Shown piece by piece: positions 54,331 to 64,000 of a DNA stretch of 64,000 bases. A model generated the notes under the pieces. That model ran no database searches. It had not been told where the DNA came from and saw only the letters and a program-made list of their open reading frames with translations. The position numbers and the translations under genes are program-made. Position 1 is the stretch's first letter, and the number at the start of each line of letters is the position of its first letter. Source of the stretch: Octopus vulgaris (Eukaryota); assembly GCA_951406725.2 (NCBI GenBank), contig OX597816.1, positions 143,468,001 through 143,532,000 on the forward strand, written 5' to 3'.

Positions 54331-54416
54331 ATAGCTCAGTCGGTAGAGCATCAGACTTTTATAGGTCAACCTTAGAAGTAATCTGAGGGTCGCGGGTTCG
54401 AGTCCCTCTGCGGGCG
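54331..54416 (+). tRNA. tRNA-Lys(UUU) pseudogene, intron-containing, 5'-truncated by 6 nt
   Basis: ATAGCTCAGTCGGTAGAGCATCAGAC-T-TTT-A, a 19-nt insert (54362-54380) at the canonical 37/38 position, then ATCTGAGGGTCGCGGGTTCGAGTCCCTCTGCGGGCG. Acceptor positions 1-6 are absent and there is no CCA. Confidence 0.9.
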
Positions 54417-54426
54417 TATGGAACTA

Positions 54427-54801
54427 GTTGGCATTACCTTCAAAATACATCCAAGGCTTGGACCACGTTCCATCCGTCCACGACAAAAATCTAAATCGCA
54501 TCACATAACGACAATACGGCACAATTATTTCACCTCAATTGGACCCGCTCTCTTCAACATTACACCAGGACACGTCAAAACAGAAACTGACCACACAAAA
54601 TTCAAGAAGTCTTTGGACAAATTCCTTCAAAGAGTCCCGGACAAACCACCCACACCCGGATATGTCTCCGCAAACAATAACTCTCTGCTGGAATGGGACT
54701 CGGTGCCCAAATCCTGAATTGAATGACTTCGTCAGGTGGTGCTCTTAAGTTAGACATGGCCTGGGCCCATACTGGCCAAAACCTTTCTATGTTATTCTAA
54801 G

Positions 54802-54822
<21 letters not shown>
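54427..54822 (+). mobile_element. CR1/L2-group LINE 3' end fused behind the tRNA
   Basis: VGITFKIHPRLGPR...GPALFNITP...FKKSLDKFL...NNNSLLEW is collinear with the copy at 39765-40136. Confidence 0.92.
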
Positions 54823-54885
<63 letters not shown>

Positions 54886-55144
54886 ATATATACATTTATA
54901 AATTTTTACTGGGAAAAGTTTGACAGTGTCTTCGAGTTTCGGCTTGCTCAGCATCATCTGATGATGTGCTGAGCAATGACTTCTAAATGAATCTGGCACA
55001 CGGAAACTGTAAGGAAGCTCGTTGTATACGCATACAAACACACACATGATTGAATCTTCCATGCGTCAACATTTACCTTCTTGCAACAATGTAACCTTTA
55101 ATTTAATCAAGATATCGCTGGATTTTTGCCACTGAAAGAAGCCC

Positions 55145-55197
<53 letters not shown>

Positions 55198-55375
55198 TTG
55201 AGTGTGTGTGCGTTAGTCTCTCCACCATCGCTTGACAACCGATGTTGGTGTGTTTACATCCCTGTAACTGCTTGGCATACTTTCCTCGCATGAAACTAAT
55301 AGTAGCACACAAAAACATATATTGTGCTTATTATACATACACACACATATGTGTGTATGTGTGTATGTATATCTG

Positions 55376-55414
<39 letters not shown>

Positions 55415-55433
55415 AACACAATATATGTTTTAT

Positions 55434-55517
55434 GTGCTACTATTAGTTTCATGCGAGGAAAGCATGCCAGACATTATTTTTTAACTTGTCTGATGTCTCA
55501 ACGCAATCTTCAGGCAC
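55434..55517 (-). ncRNA. Type I hammerhead ribozyme with extended stem II
   Basis: Minus strand: GTGC-CTGAAGA-T-TGCG...(CAGACA/TGTCTG)...CGCA-T-GAA-ACTA-A-TAGT-A-GCAC, with canonical core and GUA triplet. Confidence 0.72.
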
Positions 55518-56959
55518 TGCCCACATGACACAACAAGCTAAAAATAGGGCGATAGAATGAGAGAAAAAAGCGAGAAAAGACGATAAAGAAGTAGATATAA
55601 AAGGTGGAAAGTTGAAAAACCAGAAAGCGAAAAGAAAACAGAAAGAAGTAAAAGGTGGGGGTAAAATTAGAGTTATTTTCCCTTTGACCGTAAAATATAA
55701 GACTGAAAAGATAGTGGCCTAGAATCTGTACTACAGCTACTCAATCTGGAGAGGGTGGTACTTTCCAGTTCCTCAACAGAAACTTAGCCATATGCTTAGA
55801 CCGCTGACGTTTTCGGTTCTGTGTTTTTCCCCTCGCCACTGTCTGACAACCGGCGTGGGTCTGTGTACGTCCCAGAAACTACTCGATTTGTTCTGTTTTT
55901 TTAAATATGTTTCATCTAAATTTTAGCTTGTTAAATAGTTTAGTTTAATCCCCAACATTTTCTATTGTTGTTGAATTTGTAAAATTCAGTTGCAAAAACA
56001 ATCCAAGCAAAAATGTATATACTAATATAGAAAAATAAAAGATTTCCAATAATTTATAGAAAGGTATAGTTTTGTGGTTAAGAAGTTCACTTTGCACTCA
56101 CGTGATTTTGGGTTGAATCCCACTGTGCGACACTTTGGGGAAACATCTTCTATTATAAACCCGAGCCAACTAATACCTTCTGAGTGAATTTGGTAGATGG
56201 GTACTGTGTGGAAGCCCGTCGTATATATAAATATATATAAATATAAATATGTATATATGTGTGCTTGTGTGTGTCTGTGTTTGACTTACTACTGCTTGCC
56301 AGCCGGTGTTAGTTTGTGTACATCCCTGTAATTTAGCAGTTTGGCGAAAGAAAGTGATAAGTACCGAGTCGGTTTGTTCGACTAAACTCTACAAGGCGGT
56401 GCCCATCACAGTCGTATCCCAATGACTTTTTAAAGTCATTTTTAAAGTTTGTTACTTATTCTATCGGTCACCTTTACCGAACGCTGAGTCACGGGGGATG
56501 CACAAACATGTCCAATTTATCGAGAAAATTATAAAAAGCCTTGATCAAGTTTCGATCTTTATTGGATTCTCATCAGCGGTGTCTACACCACTTGACCAGT
56601 CCCAGAAAAAAAAAAAAAACAAGTAGCCAATCCATTTCTATGAACATCAGCACTTCATTTCATATCAGGAGCAAGCCAACAACGATGGCTTCTGATCTAG
56701 ACACAAGGCCCACAATTCTTGAGGAACCTGGATTAGTTGATAACATCGACTCCAATACCTGACTGATACCTTATTTTATCAACGTTGAGAGATATAAAAG
56801 TTTATTTTATCGATGCAGGAGAGATGAAAGGTAAAGTTGATCGCGGTGTGATTTTAACTCAGAATGAAAAGAACCGGAAAAAATACTGAGAAGCGCTTTC
56901 TCCGGTACTCTAACAGTTCTACCAATCAACTAGCTTTATGCATATATATATATATATAT

Positions 56960-57172
56960 GATTCAAAATGGGACCGCGTGTGTACCGTTGGTGATTTTTT
57001 TCCCCTCTGTCTTCCCTTCTCTGGATCTTTCCTTCTCCTAAGTTTCCAACGAAGAGCTCCGCTCGAAACGTTAAACCCTCCTTCTTTCCTTCTTTCCCGA
57101 GCGTCCAATAATACTATATTTGTTCCACGTCCTCGTGTTGTGCTTTTTTGTGCTTTCATGTTTGGATTAACT
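56960..57172 (+). mobile_element. Penelope-like pseudo-LTR fragment with decayed hammerhead (57042-57076), flanked by (TA)n
   Basis: GTTT-CCAACGA-A-GAGC-TCC-GCTC-GAAACGT-T-AAAC; paralogue of 26028-26226. Confidence 0.7.
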
Positions 57173-57204
57173 ATATATATATATATATACCTACATACCT
57201 ATAT

Positions 57205-57284
<80 letters not shown>

Positions 57285-57386
57285 ATGTATTGGTGTTTGC
57301 GCACGCGCGTGTCTTGGTGTATAGATATGTAGTTAGATATCATTCACACTTACAGTATGTAAATATTTAATACATACACACGCACG

Positions 57387-57424
<38 letters not shown>

Positions 57425-58175
57425 AATATAGAATTTAATTATAAGGGTATATGTTTGAGAAAACTTGAGCCTAAGAAAATATTTTCTGTTAGATACAGAA
57501 CATATGTGTTGGCACGAGAGAGAAAAGACTGTACGGTTGTATATATGTGTGCATATGGTGTATGATTGTGTATGTGATGTGTGTATTTATTTATATTTAT
57601 GCGTATCTATAATCCATTACATGAACCTATAAGTATATATGTACAATATACATAAGTATATTTGTAAATAAACACACATGCACAAACACACACGCATACA
57701 CACATATATAAATGGACCGTTGAAGGTGAAGATTCATGAATTGTGATTCCAAGTTTCACGTTGTGGATTATTCAAAGGACTGAAGTAAAAAAAATAAGCG
57801 TTATAATAAGCAATATTCTGTACAAAAGCATCGAAATATAGTTAACAGTATATATTCATACACACACACACACACACACACTTAAAAGACTGCAGAAAAT
57901 ACATGATACAGTCACATTATTTAAAGGAAGGTTTTTGAAAGTTAACTATTTAAAAAAAAAAACTCATTAAAAAAACAGAATATCATAATCCTTTGGGAAA
58001 GATGTTTTTGTATAGCATATATTTTGTGTGTGTAAACGCTTTCGTTGTTTAACTTTTCAAACAAACGTGTTCTGAAACACTCCGTACAGAAGTTGATAAT
58101 TTTAATCTTTTATTTTGTAAAAAGGGAATATTTGAAATTTTATATATGTATATATATCTATTTCTTTATACGTGA

Positions 58176-58535
58176 CAGAAACGTTAGCGCGCCGGGCGAA
58201 ATGCTTAGCGGTATTTCGCTGAGGTCGACTTTGCCTTTCATCCTTTTGGGATCGATAAATTAAGTACCAGTTACGCACTGGGGTCGATGTAATCGACTTA
58301 ATCCGTTTGTCTGTCCTTGTTTGTCCACTCTATGTTTGTCCACTCTATGTTTAGGTATTTCGTCTGCCGTTACGTTCTGAGTTCAAATTCCGCCGAGGTC
58401 GACTTTGCTTTTCATCCTTTCGGGATCGATAAATAAAGTACCAGTTACGCACTAGAGTCAATGTAATCGACTTTATCCCTTTGTCTGTCCTTGTTTGTCC
58501 CCTCTATGTTTAGCCCCTTGTGAGCAATAAAGAAA
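58176..58535 (+). mobile_element. Two tandem family A SINE units
   Basis: GAGGTCGACTTTGC.TTTCATCCTTT.GGGATCGATAAAT and the tail GTTTGTCTGTCCTTGTTTGTCC each occur twice. Confidence 0.88.
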
Positions 58536-58639
58536 TATATATATATATACATTTAAAGTGAGGGTGAGAAATTTGAAATTAATTTAATTAAGATCAATTT
58601 CACACCAGTGGTCTAGCATATCAAAATCTGAAGGTTCAG

Positions 58640-58781
<142 letters not shown>

Positions 58782-60717
58782 GTAAACACCATTTTACAGA
58801 CGAAATAATAATGCAAGGTGAGATATAAATATAAACAAATATAGAATGGTTAAAGTGCAATTGTATCTGAAGCTAAATTTGGTTTTCTATCCCACCTGTG
58901 ATATACGCCTAAACGACAACTGCTCTATCTGCACCGCTAGCTGCCTATTACTCACTACCATCAGCACCGCCATATTACTCCTGGCATGTGAACACGCGCA
59001 CTGCCACATGATTGCTTTCTGTTTGTTTATACAACTTCGAACAAGAGAATACTGCGAATAAATAAATAAATAAATAAATAAATAAGGCCCTCCCCCACTT
59101 TCTTGTCTCACCTTTGTCGTTCGTAATCATTTTGTACTCTTTCATGCACACTCAAAGAGATGCTGACAGAATAACAGTAGTTGTTGTATAGCCCTAGGTA
59201 GGTCATGATAGAGCAAACCTATGATAGATATATTTCAGTTAAGACAATTCAAGCTACCCTTTGTATCGAATGTGTTCATTCCCTAGCTATCTTTGATTTG
59301 AACATGATTTGGCTGCTATTTCTAACACGTGGAGCAACTACTTAGAAGCTCTCATGTTGGATCTTGTAAAGGTTTACTATGGTTGTTGTAGTTTAGGGTT
59401 TTAGGTCAGAGCGGATTGAGCAGACTTTTGTTCAAATATGTTGCAAGCAGCAGCAGCCCTGTCTTTTATTCAGACACCGTATTTCCAAGACTTCATTAAC
59501 AAATACATCTCTTGTAACAGTTGAACAACGAGAATGAACACCAGGGGAATGATGTGTCAAATGCTGAAGCAACAAGGAACTTTTGATCAGATATTTAGAA
59601 CAGAGAGGTTCAGCATAACGAGGAATAGATCAAAACGAGAACATAAATATAACAGAAGAGAAAGTGAAAAAAAGAAAAAAAAGAAAGAAGATTGGAAAGC
59701 TTCTAGATTAGATGGTATTCAGGGATTCTGGTTTTAAAATTTCCCAAGCAAGTGCAACTGTATAGTACCGTTTCTTATTGGCTGTATAGAAAATGGAACA
59801 CCAACACAAATGGCAAAAGGAAAGGCAGCGGTAATATAGAAGGATAAAGAAAAGTGAGGGTAAGTCGATAATTAAAAGTCTACTACATGCTGACTGTTAC
59901 TACCTGAAGACACCTCTGAAAGCGGGGGGCCCGCCACGCAATATGGTAGAGGAGTAGGGGCCAAAACCGGACGTGGTTCCTCCTGATGATGTCTTGAGCT
60001 AACTGGATCCTATAAAGGAGCTGTTGTGGTAGCATACCACGAAACACGGTTGAAATTTATACTCAGTCATTTACCATCTATCCTTTTTCTTCTCTTCTTC
60101 CTTCCCTGTCTCTGATTCTTCATCGTCGGTTGAGTGAGTGTGTGTGGGGGTACCCGTGTTCCCTGTTTGTCACGAAGCCTACTATTTGCATTTGTCCTGC
60201 ACATCTCTCTCCCTCTCTCTGTATGATGTAAAGCGTGACTAGAGAAATCAAGCAAGCAACCAACCACTCAAACAGTCAAACAACCATCCAAAATTTATAT
60301 CGGCTGTTATTATATAGAGATACAGCCTCGGGGTAACCTGTTCATAGGGATAGGGTCAGGCCAGGTTTATGCGTAGTAGGGGTCGTGGTTGCGAGGCTGC
60401 TGATGTTGGTGAAGACGATTGCGGTAGTGTGTTATGATGTGCTGGGTTTAGGAACTTTAATGTTCCGAACGAATTATAATGGACTAATAAGGAAGCAGAG
60501 AATATATAGATAATAAATAAAGAGAGATTAAATTGAAACATTCTTGTGTTTTTAATATAACATGGTTGAAATAAAATTGTACCCTATTTATACATACACT
60601 CGTGCACGTACATACACAGACACACACATGCAAATACATCGATACAAACACACACATACACACATACACAGACACATACGCTCACACATACGCACGCACA
60701 CTGTGTCCGTGTATATA

Positions 60718-60992
60718 CAGTAATGTCTCGATATACAATTTAATTTGTTTCCGAAGACCACTCGTAAAGCGAAAACTCGTAAAGCAGAGCAATAATTTCC
60801 CATAGTAGTAATGAAATTTTATGCCGTCATTTTACTCCGTCACTGTTTAGACGCGTCAGAACCAGTGTTGCCACATGTCGCGATGTGGCCACACACACAA
60901 AAGGGCTGTTTAACCTTTTATATTTATTATAAAATAAAACTCGTGATCCCGGGGTCTCGTAAAGCGGGTCCTCATAAAGTGAAATATTACTG
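60718..60992. mobile_element. Tigger-type MITE
   Basis: TA|CAGTAATGTCTCGAT ... AGTGAAATATTACTG|TA, with subterminal CTCGTAAAGC repeats. Confidence 0.75.
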
Positions 60993-63900
60993 TATATATT
61001 TCTTCTTTCTTTCTGCTCCTCTCTTTCTTAATAACGTCCGCACACACACATACATAAAACGTGTGTGTGTACATAATACGCGCATACGTATATGTATATA
61101 TATAGGCTTTAACCAATTCAAATATGCTTGAGGCATATTGAACCCGTATGAAAACCATTCACTTTATTTTGTTATGGAGAAAATTTCTTGTAGACAAATA
61201 GGTGTAAACACACTAAATGAGTTCGAGGCACTTTCTATCCAGATTGATGGATGCATGCATTTCGGAGGAGTTATTTATTCTTCAGCATCAGACACCTGAA
61301 GTGGAAGGCGTTTATGACTGACTTGACATAGATCTCTTATTTTCCAGTCAACATACTATAACTGGTTGCGTTAATCGGCGGAGAGGACATAATACGGAAT
61401 ACATATATGTATACATACATGCAAAAATATATACATATATGAATATTACGTACACATATATTTACCTATGCATACGCATATCTATCAATACACACACATA
61501 CATATATAGACATGCATACATATATACCTGAATGTATTCATACACATACACACGCACACACACACATACACACGTTTTATGTGCGTGTAGTGTTGAAAAC
61601 TTGAGTAAAACTAATATATCTGAAAATTAAAATTCCGATAATCTTTTTAATTTTACGGCTCTCATGTTTTTTGTTTATTGTTCCAGTAAAACCATACAGC
61701 ACTATGCTATAGCAAGAGACTTACGCATGACCTTTGTCATATGCTGGACAGACAGCCTTCGACGTCAGACAGAATTTGACGCCAGTCAGGATCAACGACC
61801 GACGTACGTTATGAGGATGAATATAAAGATAAGAATTTAAACAGCCTGGTCTTTAATAAATGTTGAACATTTAATATGTAGAAAATAGGTGTATAGTTTT
61901 AAAGGAATTTAAAAAAAATATTTATAATTTATGTTAAGCGGTTGATAGTCAGAGTTGTTAGAGCGTCGGACAAAATGTCTTGCAGTATGATATTTCTTCC
62001 GGTTTTTTACATCCTGAGTTCAAATACAGCCAAAGTCAGCTTGGCTTTTCGTCCATCGGGTCAATAAAATAGAAGCTGTAGTCAAGTAAAAAGCAGAAGT
62101 CGATGTACTCCATTGGCCCTCCTCAAAATTTTAGCTCATGTGTCTATGTTGAAACAATTATTTATAGTCTATCACTGCCAGTTTATAAATGCATGTTGTT
62201 AGCTCGGGCGTATGGCTAAGAAACTATCAAGTTACACAACACGGTTCTGGACTTCATCTCAATATGCAGTAGTTTGGGAAAAAATTTCTATCATAGACTC
62301 GAATCAATCCAAGCCCTGATAGTAAAATTTGGTTGTTGGAAGGATTGTATCTGTTCTTGGATTGTAGAATTAATCTATTGTCCAGTTTAGTATCACCACG
62401 TAGTATTTGGTATCACCGTATAGCATAGTATTTGACCGAGTTCACTCTATTAGAGGATCGGAGTAACTTCTAGTGTAAGAAGAAAAAAAAAAACTGCTGA
62501 AGATGTGTGCCATCTACAATCAATCAATCAATCTGTTCAGGCGACTTGTTCGTACTAATGTAACTCTTTCACACCAGACGAGTTTCAGACGAGCGACGAG
62601 GCATGAATGTCTGGCTTGGGTTTTTATCACATCGGTCTTTACCTAGCTGAAATACCCCAACTCCACATGCTACGATGACAGGCGATAGCAGTAGTTCGCT
62701 AACTGAACTGGTTGGTCTTGTCCGTTGACAGTTTGTTGTCTGTTCATTCGCTCAGCTTCTAGTGATATTCACTACTGATTCAATGCATTCATCTACCGAA
62801 ACAGTTCACCTCCAACACGGTGCATCCTATGATTCAACGTAACCTTGCTCGGGTGCTTATATGCTAAGTGTCTCATAGCTGGGTCTCCGACAGATACTAC
62901 TACTACTACGGGTCAGAGTAGACTTTGGAAAAAATGATAAAGTTCGTGAAATATCAATTAAGTTTAACTGATATCAGAAGTTTAATTCCTGACTTGAGTC
63001 GAAAGTCTAACGTTTTTGGTTCCAATCTCAAAATAACCCACGTGGCACGCTTGGTTTCTACCTCACTTTCGTGCCATCAGTCTTGGAGGCCTTACAAACA
63101 TGCCATGATTACTGGGTCTATTAAACTAACCAAGTCATTAAAAAATCTGAGGTTTTTAAGGATTCATCAGCAAATTAAATAAGCAAAGACACTGAAAGAA
63201 AAGAAAAGGTTTTCTTCTCATTACCGATAAGCATTTATTATTTTATGCTTACATTATATTGTTTTTGCATATTTTATATTTCATTTAAACTACAAACTCG
63301 AGAGCAATTCTCGAAAAGTCAGAACTCACCTCTCACAGCCCACGAATTAATCTCACCCGTTTTACTAACTGCATTTTTTGGTCGACGTAGATCATCGCCA
63401 TTTTCCTTAGATTAGTTGTTGTTGCCCATGTCGTTTAGCGCCAAGTCAGCCCTGGACTGAACAGCCCTATGATTAATGACATTATAACTGTGGCCATCCC
63501 GTTTTAGTAGAAACATATGTAGGACTATATTTCACAATGTTACCGTTCTTTTTCAAAACAGCAGGTTGTAAATGAGGGAGATTTGGCTGCTATGGCTATC
63601 AGATTCTTATTAGCCTGTCTACTTTTGTAGTAACATATTTTGTACACTGTTAAAAAAACAAAACAAAAAAAACAAAAAAAACAAAAAAAAAAAACAAAAA
63701 CAAAAAATGCAAAAAACACCGTCATTATTTATGCTACAGAATAGTGGAAGTTGTCGGTGTAGAAGATATTCAGACTGGATGTGTCAATGCTTCTCTATTT
63801 GATATCCTCAATTATTTCATATCTGAATCAAAATTATATTGCATTATTCATGCGTCGATAAAAAAGTACATATATTATCCTAGATTCTATTTGATATGAC

Positions 63901-64000
63901 TTCAATTCTTTCACAAGAGTAGCTTTCTGCCAAGACAAAAATATGAAAGAAAAAGTATTGCTAACATATAACCAAATAATTCGAATTTTTCCGATTCTTT

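Noticed and set aside
54331-54416. Functional tRNA-Lys gene
   Set aside because: The 5' strand of the acceptor stem is missing, the T-stem has a mismatch, and no terminator follows, so it is called a pseudogene.
59975-60055. Possible hammerhead (CTGATGA ... GTGGTA/TACCAC-GAAAC)
   Set aside because: The core and the hairpin are not adjacent and there is no convincing stem I.
60780-60980. CpG-rich patch as a promoter
   Set aside because: It lies within a Tigger-type MITE (60718-60992).

Overview
This is AT-rich, microsatellite-dense eukaryotic DNA. Its SINE, LINE and Penelope-like content looks cephalopod (Octopus-like); that assignment is an inference from repeat pattern. No intact, recognisable host protein-coding gene can be supported. 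The window is a mosaic of mobile-element remnants: R4-like and Hero/R2-like RLE LINEs, Tx1/L1, CR1/L2-group and RTE LINE 3' ends, a hAT transposase pseudogene, a Tigger/pogo remnant, Tigger-type and piggyBac-type MITEs, several Helitron-like elements, at least four tRNA-derived SINE families (one in tandem arrays), and Penelope-like fragments carrying type I hammerhead-ribozyme motifs. Most ORFs in the supplied track are microsatellite read-through or antisense TE frames. Strongest leads: (1) an intron-containing pre-tRNA-Lys(UUU) fused to a LINE 3' end inside a (TA)n tract, resembling a nascent SINE; (2) structurally diverse hammerhead motifs in Penelope-like repeats, often as inverted repeats at microsatellites; (3) an internally deleted Helitron retaining 23-aa STPR-like repeats; (4) a covarying 3' stem-loop shared between a SINE family and LINEs in this window. 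Coordinates of degraded elements are approximate.
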